From Cetorhinus maximus (lineage: Eukaryota), in assembly GCF_964194155.1 (NCBI RefSeq), contig NC_135901.1, positions 22,444,001-22,508,000 of the forward strand: a DNA stretch of 64,000 bases, in the 5' to 3' direction. The notes beneath the pieces are model-generated. The model worked only from the letters and a program-made list of their open reading frames with translations. It was not told where the DNA came from and did not search any database. Position 1 is the stretch's first letter. Each line of letters starts with the position of its first letter. Positions 11,040 through 23,049 of this stretch are shown piece by piece. The position numbers were made by a program, and so were the translations under genes.

Positions 11040-12133
11040 GAAATTGGTCCCACAAATGGTTTAATCATCACTCGTACTCACAAAGCCTACATAATGATAC
11101 AAGATTTAAAATAGTTCCTGTACTATGTGCCCTGAATACCACACACCAATCCCCAAGGTTATGTCATCCCATCTTCAAGCACCTTGATGTTCAGATGATA
11201 AGGGAATTATCCGGGGATTTCAGAAGTCAGAATGCAGGGAGAGAGATAGGTGGACTATGACCACCCAATAGCCAAGACCCCGGTGTTAGGCAGTTTTGGG
11301 AAAACACCGCGATCGTCCCTGTGATAGTGACACCAGTAAAAAGGGTGGAGGGAAGAGAGGGATCAGTGACTGGGCTGGAATAGGGGCCACGGCTGGCACG
11401 GCCGCTGGGAAGCACTTAGACATAGAGAATATGTGGGAACAGGATGAGGCTGTGAGGCAGCAATGGACAGGAATCTTCAGTAAAAGAAATAAAAGGCAGA
11501 GAGATGAAATCCTGGAACAACAAGGAGTGAAATCCAGAAAAGAGATGGTGGACGGACTGATCGAGAGAAAGGGAACGGTCAGTGAGATCATTCAGCAGAA
11601 TAAGATTGAGGTGAAAAGTCAGAACATGTCTAAAGTTGTTCCCTGTGTGATGTAAGGAGGGTTTTTATTGGATCAGGTACAACAAGGCCAGGAGTACATT
11701 GAGAAACAATAGAGAGTCCAACAATAGAGAGCCCAAAGGGTCTGGAGCGGGGAGTTAATAAACCCAGGGAATCACAGGGCCGGTAGGACATTGAAAAACA
11801 ATAGAGAGCTCAAAGGGTCTGGAGGGGGAGAGTTAATAAACTCAGGGAATCACAGGCTGCACAAACTTCAAGTGTGAGCCCAGACCCATTTTAAAACAGT
11901 GAACAAATAAATCCCTGATTTTACTGAGACTCTTTTCCGTGTCCCAGCTCCTGTAAATACTGACGGGAAAGGGACCGGAATCTCCGGAGGCTCCACTCCG
12001 CTGGCTGCTCATGAGGAAGTGATCTCCGATCAGATTAATGTGCTTCTGCTGTGAGTATTTAATAAAGTGTCCAAACCTCTCATTGTGCTTCCTGTCCAAT
12101 ATCCCCCTCATCCATGGATCTTCTGTTTTACCA
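11040..12133 (+). mobile_element. LTR/ERV-like sequence (5' boundary uncertain; may start at tgtaagg 11651)
   Basis: Near-tandem direct repeats of about 70-85 bp (11696-11780 / 11788-11856), TATA-like tgtaaata (~11952), AATAAA at 12061 and terminal ...ttttacca. Confidence 0.45.
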
Positions 12134-12270
12134 ACTGGGGGAAAGAAAATGCCCGTTCACAGATTGGTCTCGATGGCGGCTGGTTTACCCAGAATCCCCA
12201 TGGGTCAGAAAGTCCCCTGTCAATGAGAACGGGAACCCATAGCGCCGGAATAAGGGCCGGGCTGTGCTCT
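12134..12270 (+). promoter_or_regulatory. Short CpG-containing promoter remnant upstream of B1
   Basis: attgg (CCAAT), gatggcggc (YY1-like) and ttacccagaatcccc (ZNF143/Staf-like) within ~130 bp. Confidence 0.35.
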
Positions 12271-12990
12271 GAGGCAGGGGCACAGCTGTGCGATGTTACT
12301 CAGGTGGAAATGGGTGGTTTTAGTGATCTGTAGTCAGAAGCTCAGTTTGGGCTGAAATATGACAACAAGATTGCGAATATTCTGGTTCAGCCTCAGAGAG
12401 CTGGTTAGGGAGTGGAGACAATGGCTTTCATTTTCCCAACGTTTAAATGGAGGGAATTTCTGCTCATCCAGTACTGGATGTCAGACAAGTCAGGACGGTG
12501 CGTGAGTTGGAGGTGATGGTGTTCAATGACACCTGTTACCTTCGTCCTTCTAGGTGGAGGAGGTTGAGGGTTTGGGAGATTCTGCCAAAGTTCTGGTCGA
12601 GCTGAAGATGTATTAAACACATCTTCACCCCCTGAATCGCCCACCTCTCTCTCTCATCCCATGGAGGCCAGAATCTTGTATAGGCCCAGACTGGGTGGCA
12701 GGTTCCCTTCCCTGAAGGACATTAGTGAACCAGTTGAATTTTTAGGACAATCCAGCAGTTTTCATGGTCACTTTTTCCTAGTGCTGGCCCCACAAATTAC
12801 TAGATTCATTCAGCTCAGTTTCACAACCTGTTTTTGTGGGTTCTCTCTCACTCCCTTTTTTCTGTTTTAAATCAGTTTCACAGGGGATTAGAAGGGGAGG
12901 ATTTGCAGTCAGGAAGCAGAAACAAAACATCACAGCAGAATCTGACAGTCACCCAATTTATCGTAACCTGAATATCATTTGATTTTGAAC

Positions 12991-13548
12991 ATGGAAAGAA
13001 AAAGCACCGTTCACATTGCGGAGAAACAGTACACGTGCTCTCTGTGTGGACGAGGCTTCAACCAATCATCTGGCCTGTCAAGACACAAGCGCAGCCACAC
13101 CAGGGAAAAACCGTGGAAATGTGGGGACTGTGGGAAGGGATTCAGATTCCCGTCTGAGTTGGAAATGCTTCGGCGCAGTCACACTGGGGAGAAGCCGTTC
13201 ACCTGCTCCACGTGTGGGAAGGGATTTACTCTTTCATCCAACCTGCTGAGCCACCAGCGAGTTCACACTGACGAGAGACCTTTTAAATGCCTAGACTGTG
13301 GGAAGTGCTTTAAAAGTTCCTGGGAGCTGATGTACCATCAGTGTGTTCACACTGACAAGAGACCATTTAAATGCTCTCACTGCGGGACTGGGTTCAGGCG
13401 ATCATCTCAACTCATTGTACACCAGCGAATTCACACTGGGCAGAGGCTGTTCACCTGCTCCACTTGTGGGAAGGGATTCACTCATTCACCCCACCTGCTG
13501 AGACATCAGCGAGTTCACACGGGGGAAGAGACCGTTCATCTGCTCTGA
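12991..13548 (+). CDS. C2H2 zinc-finger gene B1, truncated to 6 fingers by a frameshift (possible pseudogene)
   Basis: ATG at 12991 after acceptor tttcacag (12883). Finger 2 has lost a His (LEMLRRSH). A +1 insertion at ~13526 (gggggaagag) shifts the frame; four more fingers follow out of frame to ~13861, the last with CGA>TGA. Confidence 0.7.
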   Translation: MERKSTVHIAEKQYTCSLCGRGFNQSSGLSRHKRSHTREKPWKCGDCGKGFRFPSELEMLRRSHTGEKPFTCSTCGKGFTLSSNLLSHQRVHTDERPFKCLDCGKCFKSSWELMYHQCVHTDKRPFKCSHCGTGFRRSSQLIVHQRIHTGQRLFTCSTCGKGFTHSPHLLRHQRVHTGEETVHLL

Positions 13549-14059
13549 GTGTAGGAAGGGTTTCACTCGGTCATCCCACCTGCTGACACACCAGCGAGTT
13601 CACACTGGGGAGAGTCCATTTAGCTGCCCCCAGTGTCGGAAGGGATTCACTCAGTTATCTAGCCTGCTGAGACACCAGCAAATTCACAATGGGAAGAGGC
13701 CATTTTCCTGCCCTCAGTGTGGGAAGAGATTCACTACGTCATCCAACCTGCTGACACACCAACGAATTCACACTGGAGAGAGGCCATTCACCTGCGCCCA
13801 GTGTGGGAAGAGATTCACTCATTCACCCCACCTGCTGAGACACCAGTGAATTCACAAGTAACGACAGTGATGGGATTTTGCTGTTCATCACATCTAGGAC
13901 TGAATCATGTTCATTGGGGTCTGTTTCTGCTGATGTTAATAAACTACAGCCCACTTACAGGGTCTAATCTGGCGAAAAGTCAAATAAATTAGTTTTGTGT
14001 TAAAGACACAGTGTGTTGAATCTTTTTAATATCACTAACACAAGTTAGTTCCTTTTGAA

Positions 14060-15085
14060 GGGCTCTCCGTCTCCCCTGTCTCCTCCATCCTCACCTCCAA
14101 CAACAAGTGTGAGGAGCTCATGGAGCTTCTTTGTCACTAAGATTGAGACAATCCGATCAGCTGCCTCTGCTGCTTCCCTCCCTTCCACTCGCCCTCCCTA
14201 AAGTTCCCCCTTACCTGAGCCCTGAACCTTTCTGTCATTTCCCTCCCATCTCCCCTCATGCCCTCTCAGAGCTCATCTTGTCCATGAAACCCACCTCCTG
14301 CTTCATCGACCCTACTCCCACTAAACTGCTGATCACTCAACTTCCCAATGTCCACTGACTATGTTAATAGTTTTCTCTCTCAGGTACTGTCCCTCTCTCC
14401 TTCAGATTTCCCATCATTATACCCTTCTCAAAAAACAAATGCTTGACCCACTGTCTTTCCAAACTATTGCCCCATCTCCAGCCTCCCTTTCCTCTCCAAA
14501 GTCCTTGAATATGTTGTCACTTCCCAAATCTGTGCCCATTTTTCCCAGAACCCCATGTTTGAATCCCTCCAATCAGGTTTTTGCCCCTGCCACAGTGCTG
14601 AAACAACTCTTATCAAAGTCACAAATGACACTCTATGTGACTGTGACAAAGATAAACTCGCCCTTCTCATCCTTGACCTGCCTGCAGCCTTTGACAATGT
14701 TGACCACATCATTCTGCACCTTCGCCTCTCTCCTGTCGTCCAGCTGGGTGGGGCTGCTCTCTCCTGGTTCCATTCTTCTCTATCTAATCATAGCCAGAGA
14801 CTCACTTACAATGTCTTCCCTTTCCAATCCCACAGTTATCTCTGGTGTCCCCAAAGGATCCAGCCTTGGTCTCCTCTTATTTCTCATTAACCTGCTCCAC
14901 ACAATGACATCATCTGAAAACACTGTCAGTTCTCACATTTACACTGACAGCTCCCAGCTCTGCCTCACCACCACCTCTCTCGACTTCTCCACTTTTGGTA
15001 AGTTATCAGACTGTTTGATATCTGGTGGTGGATGTGCAGAAATTTCTTCAAATTAAACATTGGGAAGACTGAAGTCATTGTCTGA
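14060..15085 (+). mobile_element. L2 LINE RT fragment
   Basis: MFESLQSGFCPCHSAETTLIKVTND...LILDLPAAFDNVDH and SGVPKGSSLGLLLFLI. Confidence 0.85.
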
Positions 15086-15544
15086 ATGACTGGTAGAAGC
15101 AGATTCAGTAGTAACTTTGAAAAGTGATTTTAATTTCAACTTAATAAGTAAAGATTTGGAGGGTGATCGGAAAAGGGCAGGGAAGTGCGACAGATTTGTA
15201 ACATTTTCAGAGACAGGACAGGCACAATGGGCTGAATGGCCGCCATCCGTGCTCTATGAGATTCTATCATATGTTTATTATGAATCGTTCCATTATTATA
15301 GATGACAGAATGTCATCAAACCACAGCAGAGGAGGCCATTTGGCCTATCGAATCTGTGCTGACAAATTCAGCAAGCGACCCAGTTAGTCCCACTCCCCCA
15401 TTCTTTACCCCATCTGAGCATCATTTCTCCTTCAAGAATTTATTCGATTCCCTTTTGAAGGTCACTCTTGAATCTGTATCCATCCGATAGTGAATTCCAA
15501 ATTCTTACCACTTGTTACTGAAAAGATTTCCTCATGATGCTAGC

Positions 15545-15665
15545 ATAAAAGCAAAATATTGCAGATATTGGGTGTCTGAAATAAAACAGGAAATGCTGGG
15601 AAAACTCAGCAGGTCTGACAGCGCCTGTGGAGAGAGAGAAACAGGGTTAACATTTCGAGTCCATG
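15545..15665 (-). mobile_element. Penelope-like 3' tail
   Basis: aaaagcaaaatattgcagat...aaaactcagcaggtctgacagc...gttaacatttcgagtcc. Confidence 0.65.
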
Positions 15666-16949
15666 TATCACTCTCCTTCATTGCACAATACCAAATATAG
15701 AATAGCCTGTTCCCTAGTCGGTTCCTCGACATTCGAGTCTAAAAAAAATCTTGTACACTCCAGGAATTCATCCACCACAGTAATATTGCTAATTTGGTTT
15801 GCCCAACCCATATGCAGCTTAAAGTCACCACTGAATACCATAGCACCCTTGTTACATGCATCTCTAATTTCCTGTTTAATACTGTCCCCCACCTGATCAC
15901 TACTGTTTGGAAGCCTACAGACAACACCCAATAATGTTTTCTTCCCATTGTTACTTCTTAGCTCCACCCATTCTGATTCTACGTCTAAATTTTCTGAGCC
16001 AATTTCCTCTCTCATTATCGCACTGAATTTGTCTTTAACTAACAATGCCACACCACCTCCTTTTCCATTTTTCCTGTCTGTCCCTAATATCGAGTATGCT
16101 TGGATTTTCAGTTCCCAGCCTTGGTCACCCTGCAGCCATGTCTCATAAAACACAATCATATTGTATCTGTTTACATCTACTTGCACTGTTAATCCATCTA
16201 CCTTATTGCGAATGTTCTGTGCTTTAGACTTTTTAACATTTTTGCACATTTTTTTTGTACTATGGCTCTATTTACTGCTAACCCTTGTTTCCTCTGCCTT
16301 CCACTTTTGCTTTCTACTTTTCTGTCTCTCATTCCAATCTTTGTTTCCCTCTCTTGTGTCTCCCCGCTCCGTTTCCCATCCCCCTGCCAGTCTAGTTTAA
16401 ACCCTCCCCCACAGTACTAGCAAACACCCCAGCGAGGATATTGGTTGCAATCCTACTGGGGTGCAACCCATCCACCTTGTACAGGTTCCATCTTCCCCAG
16501 AATCAGTCCCAATGTCTCAGCAATCTAAATCCCTCCCTCCTGCACCATCTCTCCAGCCATGAATTAATCTGGTATATTCTCCTATTCCTGATCTTACCAG
16601 CATGTGGCACTTGGAGCAATCCTGATTCCAGGGGAATCCTGGAGGCCTTGCTTTTTAATTTATTTCCGAGCTCCCTATATTCTGCTTTCAGGACCTCATC
16701 CCACTTTTTACCTACATCATTGGTACCTATATGGACCATGATTTCTGGCTGTTCACCCATCCCTTCAGAATGTCCTGAGCCACTCAGTGGCATCCTTGAT
16801 GCTGGCACCAGGGAGACAACATACCATGCTGGTGTCACGTCTGCAGCCGCAGAAACGTCTGTCTGTTCCCCTTATGATTGAATCCCCTGTCAATATTTCT
16901 CTTGTGCTCTCCCCACCTTGTGCAGCTGAGCCACTCGTGATGCCGCAGA

Positions 16950-17305
16950 CTTTATTTAATTCATTCATGGGATGTGGGCGTCACTGGCTGGGTCAGCATT
17001 TATTGCCCATCCCTAATTGTCCTTTTCAGAGGGCATTTAAGAGTCAACCACATTGCTGTGGGTCTGGAGTCACATGTAGGCCAGACCAAGTAAGGATGAC
17101 AGATTTTCTTCCCTAAAGGGACATTAGTGAACCAAATGGGTTTTCACAACTATCGACAATGGTTTCATGGTCTTTAGACTTTTTAAATTCTAGACTGTTT
17201 ATCAAATTCAAATTCCGTGGCGGGATTCAAACCCAGGTCCGCAGAGCATTACACTGGGTGTCTGGATTATTCGTCCAGCGACAATACCACTACACCATTG
17301 CATCC
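16950..17305 (-). mobile_element. tRNA-derived SINE inserted in CR1 ORF1
   Basis: Minus strand A-box tggtgtagtgg and B-box ggtttgaatccc. 3' tail tagggatgggcaataaatgctg...cacatcccatgaatgaat is shared with the LINE tails at 17730 and 61870. Confidence 0.75.
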
Positions 17306-17729
17306 TCTTTGCTTGGACCCAGGGACCCCTGCACTACCTGCTTAATGCTTTTACTCTGTCTGGCAGTCACCCAATCACTTTCTGCCTGTGTACTCTTTAC
17401 CTGCGGTATGACCACCTTACTGTATGATCTCTTATTTGCTTTTGCTCCACAGTAACTCCAGCTCCAGCTCTGAAACGTGGATTTTGAGTAGCTGCAACTG
17501 GAGACATTTCCTGCATACTTGGTCACCTGGAGACTGGAAGTGTCCCTGACTTCCCACATCACACAGGAGGAGCATTCCACTTGGCCGAGCTGCCCTGCCA
17601 TGACTTAACTGTATAAGACAGCTAACTAATGGACTAGCTGCAGCTGCAAGCAGAGCCTGTATAATCTTGGTTTTAAAGCTGGGCTAAATCTCACTTTCTC
17701 CCAACCCAAAAAGTAACTTTTAGCAACAC

Positions 17730-18010
17730 TTAGAAGGACAAGGGCAGCAGACAGAGGGGAACACCACCACCTGGAAGTTCCCTTCCAAGCCACTCACCAT
17801 CCTAACTTGGAAATATGTTGCCATTCCTTCACTGTTACTGGATAAAAATCCTGGAATTCCTCCCTAACAGCACTGTGGGTGTACCTACACCATGTGGACG
17901 ACAGTGGCTCAAGAAAGCAGTTCACCACCACCTTCTCAAGGGCATTTAGGGATGGGCAATAAATGCTGGCCTAGCCAGCGATTCCCACATCCCATAAATG
18001 AACAAAAAAA
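17730..18010 (+). mobile_element. LINE 3' tail (partner of the SINE tail)
   Basis: agaaggacaagggcagcag...caccatcctaacttggaaatat...gggatgggcaataaatgctggcc. Same family as 19230-19550 and 61870-62360. Confidence 0.7.
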
Positions 18011-18559
18011 TTTAAAGAATGGTTAGACTTTAGAGAGAAATTAATCCTTAAAAGTCCCTCTCTTACCAAATGCCAACTTTAGCACTCCAGTGCAACCCAA
18101 AGCAACACTCCAGTGAAGATAAAAGCATAACTATCGATGGCTTGCTTTTATGCTGCCTGAATCTAGCTTCTGAAAACCTGTTTAAGTCAGTTAACTAATT
18201 AACTTGCTGCAGCTGCAAACAGAGCCTGTATAACCCGTTTTAAAGCTGGACTAAAACTCAACTTCTCCCAACCCAAAGAACAACTTTTAGTTAGTTGCTA
18301 AATTAAAGAAAGATTATACTTTTAATAGAAATTAACCCTTAAAAGTCCCTCTCTCATCAAACTCCAGCTGAAGCACTCTGATGCACCCCAAAGCAGCCCT
18401 CCTGTGCAGACCAGTGAGGGTGATAATGGAACATTTTTATATCAAAGTGCAGTGATACCTGATCACCTATTGAGTGAGTGAGCCTATAACAGTGTTATTC
18501 AAATAATCACAGCTACTGCAGGTGATTCTCTGGCTGCAATTTAATAAGAAAGGAATCAG

Positions 18560-19230
18560 GAGCGTGATGTCCCATCTAGCTGGGCACCAGTGGAGGGGCA
18601 TTGGGGGAGGATGGTTTGGTTCTTGGTGTCAATGACTGCAGAGAGGCCGAGAAGGACAAGGAGGGAGAGTTCATCTTGGTGACATGGAATGTAAGTTGTG
18701 ATTCTAAGAGCTCATTCAACACTGTGACAGGGGCAACAGTCATATTGGGGGGATTCAAAAATTGAATTCCTGGAAAGATGGGCATGGATTTGGGAAGTGA
18801 CAAGGACTTTGGATGCAAAAGGGAGGTTGGAGATGGGGTGGGAGTTTGTAAATATGTTGTAGTCAAGGGTTGGTTTCATTGAGGAGGGGCTGATGATGGC
18901 AGATTTGAAGGACAGAGGGACAGGACCTGAAGAGAGAAAACCATTAACAATGTCAGTGAAAATGGGGAAGTTGGAAGTTCAGCAGATTAGTGAGAATAGG
19001 GTCAATGGAGCAGGAGGTGGTTCTCATGGACAAGATGAGCTCTGAGAGGGCATGAGGAGAGATGGCAGATAAACGTAAGAAATATGTGAGTTCAGGGCTA
19101 GGAGAAGGAGCAGCTTGAGAGGAAGTTCAGCCCGGTGTGTTAGTAGAAGGGAGCAAAGCAGCAAAGGCAGTTGATAGGATTGTCTTAATCATAGTGACAA
19201 AGAAACTCCATGAGCTCCTCGCACTTGTTT
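18560..19230 (-). mobile_element. L2 fragment, orthologous to the L2 downstream of B1
   Basis: Reverse complement matches 14100-14750 (aacaagtgcgaggagctcatggag...ttgtcactatgatt). Confidence 0.75.
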
Positions 19231-19550
19231 TTTTCTAATTCAATCATTGGATGTGGGCATCGCAGTCGAGGCCAGCATTTATTGCTCATCCCTAATTTCC
19301 CTTGAGAAAGTGAGGGTGAGCTGCCTTTTTAAGGCAGCCCTGTGGTGTAGGTACACCCACAGTGCTGTTAGAAGGGAGTTCCAAGATTTTGACCCAGTGA
19401 CAGTGAAGGAACTGCGATATATTTCCAAGTCAGGATGGTAAGTGGCTTGGAGGGGAACTTCCAGGTGATGATGTTCCCATCTATCTGCTTGCCTTGTCCT
19501 TCTAGGTGGTAGCGGTCGTGGGTTCAGAAGGTGCTGTCTAAGGAGCCTGG
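19230..19550 (-). mobile_element. LINE 3' tail inserted into the L2
   Basis: LLRQHLLNPRPLPPRRTR...SFTVTGSKSWNSL. Confidence 0.7.
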
Positions 19551-19785
19551 TGAGTTGGAGTTTGAGAACAGAGGAGACAGGAAAGGAAGAGCATTTCAAA
19601 GGAATTAACTTGTGTTATAGATATTAAAAAGACTCGGCACACTGTGTGTTTAACACAAAGCTGATTTATTTTAATTATATCCAGAATATTGACACCTATA
19701 ACTAGGCTGGAGGTTATTAACATCAGCAGAAAAAGAGCCCAATTTAGTCCTGGATGTGATTAGCAGCAAAATCCAATCACTATAC

Positions 19786-20907
19786 TTACTTGTGAACTCG
19801 CTGGTGTGTCAGCAGGGTGGATGACTGAGTGAATCCCTTCCCACACTCAGAGCAGGTGAATGGTCTCTCCCCAGTGTGAACTCGCTGGTGCTCAGTGAGG
19901 TGAGATGATCTCCTGAACCCAGTCCCACAGTGAGAGCACCTGAATGGTCTCTCGTCAGTGTGAACACGTTGATGGGACATTAAGACCCCGGAACTTTTAT
20001 AGCACTTCCCGCAGTCTGGGCATTTAAAAGGTCTCTCCCCAGTGTGACCTCGCTGGTGTATCAGCAACCTGGAGGACTGAGTGAATCCCTTCCCACACAC
20101 GTGGCAAGAGAATGGCCACTCCCCAGTGTGAACTTGCTGATGTGTCAGCAGGTCGGATGTCCGAGTGAATCCCTTCCCGCACTTGGAGCAGATGAACGGC
20201 CTCTTCCCAGTGTGAACTTGCTGATGTATCAGCAAGGTGGATAACTGCGTGAATCCCTTCCCACAATCAGAGCAGGTAAACGGTGTCTCCCCAGTGTGAA
20301 TGCGCCGGTGTGTCACCAGGTGGGATGACCGAGTGAATCCCTTCCCACACTCGGGGCAGGTGAATGGTCTCTCTCCAGTGTGAAGTCGTTGGTGTACAGT
20401 GAGTTGAGATGACCACCTGAACCCAGTCCCGCAGTGAGAGCACCTGAACGGTCTCTCATCAGTGTGAACATTTTGATGGGACATCAAGTCCCCAGAACTT
20501 TTGAAGCACTTCCCACAGTCTGGACATTTAAAACGTGTCTCGTCAGTGTGAATGCGCCGGTGTGTCAGCAGGTTGGATGACTGACTGAATCCCTTCCCAC
20601 ACTCAGAGCAGGTGAACGGCCTCTCCCCAGTATGAACTCGCTGGTGTCTTGTCAGGTGGCATGATCGAGTGAAACCTATCCCGCAGTCAGAGCAGGTGAA
20701 TGGCCTCTCCCCAGTGTGACTGCGCCTGTGACTTTCCAGCTGAACTGGATAATTATATCCCTTCCCACAGTCTCCACATTTCCACAGTTTCTCCCTGTTG
20801 TGACTACATTTGTGTTTTGATAGGTTAGATGATCGGCTGAAGCCTCGTCCACACACAGAACACGTGTACGGTTTCTCTCCACTGTGAACGGTGCTTTTTC
20901 CTTCCAT
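19786..20907 (-). CDS. Tandem C2H2 zinc-finger protein B2 (13 fingers)
   Basis: Intact ORF from the ATG at 20907 ([13 protein letters not shown]). All C/H ligands are present. Two copies of the KCPDC/RCSHC finger pair. Confidence 0.9.
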   Translation of the reverse strand: MEGKSTVHSGEKPYTCSVCGRGFSRSSNLSKHKCSHNREKLWKCGDCGKGYNYPVQLESHRRSHTGERPFTCSDCGIGFTRSCHLTRHQRVHTGERPFTCSECGKGFSQSSNLLTHRRIHTDETRFKCPDCGKCFKSSGDLMSHQNVHTDERPFRCSHCGTGFRWSSQLTVHQRLHTGERPFTCPECGKGFTRSSHLVTHRRIHTGETPFTCSDCGKGFTQLSTLLIHQQVHTGKRPFICSKCGKGFTRTSDLLTHQQVHTGEWPFSCHVCGKGFTQSSRLLIHQRGHTGERPFKCPDCGKCYKSSGVLMSHQRVHTDERPFRCSHCGTGFRRSSHLTEHQRVHTGERPFTCSECGKGFTQSSTLLTHQRVHK

Positions 20908-21439
20908 GTTCAAATTCCGATGATATTCTGGTTATGATAAATTGGGTGACTCTGTCAGATCCCAATGTGATGTTTGGTTTCAGCTTCCTGACTGCAAATC
21001 CTTCCCTTCCAATATCCTGTGAAATTGATATAAAACAGAAAAAGAGAGTGAGACAGAACCCAGAAGACACAAAGTTAGGTTGTGAAATTGAGCTGAATGA
21101 ATCTGGTAATTTGTGGGGCCGGCACCAGGAAAAATTGACCATGAAAACTGCTGGATTGTCGTAAAAACCCAACTGGTTCACTGCTGTCCTTCAGGGTGGG
21201 AATCTGGTCTGGGCCTAAACAAGACTCTGGTTCTATTTGTGGAGAGAGGGTGTGTGTGAGATAAAGAGAGGTGAGAGGCAGGTGGTGAAGGGGAAAAATT
21301 TGATATCTATAATTTCACAAGAACGTTGACAGAAGCACCCAAACCCTCAGATTCCAACACCTAGACAGACCAGGGTATGTGAACACCAGCACCTCCAAGT
21401 TCCCACCCAAGTCACGCACCATCCTGACTTGTCTGACGT

Positions 21440-22440
21440 CAAGTACGGGATGCGCAGAAATTTCCTCTGAAGCTGAACCAGATTGTTCACAACCATGGTG
21501 TCATATTTGACTCCCAGATGAGCTTCCAACCAGATATCCACATCATCACCAAGGCCGCCTATTTCTACCTCAGTAATATGGCCTGACTCCACCCGAGCCT
21601 CAGTTTATATCCCGCAGAAGCCATTATCTATTCCTTTGTTACCGCAAGGCTAAACTATCCTAACACACTCCCAGTCAGCCTTCAACATTAAACCATCCCC
21701 CTCCACCCCCATAATCTTGAGGTCGTTCAAAGCTCTGTTGCTTGTGTGTTTAGTCGCACTGTCTTGTTCACCCACTGCCACTGTGCTTGCTGACCTACAA
21801 AGGCTCCCAGTTAAGAAGCACCAACTTTTAAAATTCTCAAACAAAAACAAAAATAGCTGGAAAAACTCAGCAGGTCTGACAGCATCTGCAGAGAAGAATA
21901 CAGTTAACGTTTCGAGTCCGTGTGACTCTTCATCAAAACTAAGGAGAAATAGAAATGAGGTGAAATATAAGCTGGTTGAGGGGGGTGGGACAGGTAGAGC
22001 TGGATAGAGGGCCAGTGATAGGTGGAGGCAAAGAAGAGATTGCCAAAGATGTCATAGACAAAAGGACAAAGGATAAGGTTCTCATCCTTGTTTTCCTCCA
22101 TGGTTATGATCATTCCTGTCTCCACAATCTCCACAACCAGCCACACAATCTCCAAGATCTCTCCACTCATCTAATTCCAGCCTCTTGAGAATTCCCAATT
22201 TTAATCGCCATCAGTGACTGTTCCTTCCATTGCCTAGGCCACAAGCTCTGGAATTTCCTTCTTAAACCTCTCTGCCTCTCCACGTCATTTTCTTCCTATA
22301 AGATATTCCTTAAAACCTATCTCTTTTGGTCACCTGCCCTAATATCTCCTTATGTGGCTGTGGCAAATGTTACTTTGTAACATTTATGTGAAATGCATTG
22401 GAAAGTTTTATACTGTTTAGGGCACAATATAAATACAAAT
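21440..22440 (+). mobile_element. L2 3' fragment in the B2 intron
   Basis: gctgaaccagattgttcacaacc...catcaccaaggccgcctatttc...aagctctggaatttcc...ccctaatatctccttatgtggc. Confidence 0.75.
21840..22075 (-). mobile_element. Penelope-like 3' region with hammerhead motif, nested in L2
   Basis: Minus strand ttgatga-a-gagtc-acacg-gactc-gaaac-gtt-aac (21902-21940). Confidence 0.75.
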
Positions 22441-22569
22441 GATTGTCACTGACTTGGACATATACCATTGTTCTGCCTCATCAATAAGACATTGTAACTC
22501 AAAGTATGAAGCAGCTTGATGGACAATTGTTCACATTTTGTCACTGGAAAAATTTCAATAACATTGCTC

Positions 22570-23040
22570 CCTACAAAGATGGAGGCCGCGCATGCGCCCT
22601 GCTGCAAATTGCCCCCAATAAAGATGGCGGCCATTAATCCGGGTCTGGAACTGGGAGAAAGCGGCGGCCCTGCTCTGTGCAAAAGAGGGGAACGATCCCG
22701 GGTACCGGTTGGTTGTTTTTTGAGGTTTACGGTCTACATAACATTTACGAAGCCTATTCAACCACCGGCATGATTCTGCCATCGCTCCACCCCACCATCT
22801 CACCCTCTTCGCCTTTACCGAATGCGAATCCGAGATAAAAAGCTTCTCTCCATCGCCATTAATCACACTGCGCATGCTTCACTCAGCCCAGCCCTGCCCC
22901 GCCCCTTATTCACTCCGATTGGTTGGAGGACCAGCCGCTTCGACGCGCCTACAGCCCCGCCCTCTCCTTTCCTATTGGTCTGGATCTGCCGTCAATCAGC
23001 CAAGCATTGTGAGTTGTCAGGTGAGAGGTCACTTTCGTGA
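22570..23040. promoter_or_regulatory. CpG promoter of B2, apparently bidirectional
   Basis: aagatggcggcc (22621), gcgcatgcgc (~22588), GC boxes and two attgg CCAAT boxes (22890-22980). Confidence 0.65.
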
Positions 23041-23049
23041 GCCGGTTAA

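Larger units (their letters stand above)
15666..18415 (-). mobile_element. CR1 LINE 5' half: 5' UTR (internally duplicated), ORF1 with SGNH esterase, APE endonuclease
   Basis: MAGQLGQVECSSCVMWEV; GDSIIRGTDRRFCG...MVCCLPGA; VHIGTNDVG; ETWLQGDQGWEL...GGGVALLVK...GDF...PTREQAIL. Confidence 0.9.

Noticed and set aside
14361-15056. Long ORFs at 14361 and 56032 as host genes
   Set aside because: Frameshifted L2 reverse-transcriptase remnants.
19786-20907. Assigning mammalian ZNF gene symbols
   Set aside because: Similarity is generic finger-repeat similarity, so orthology cannot be supported.
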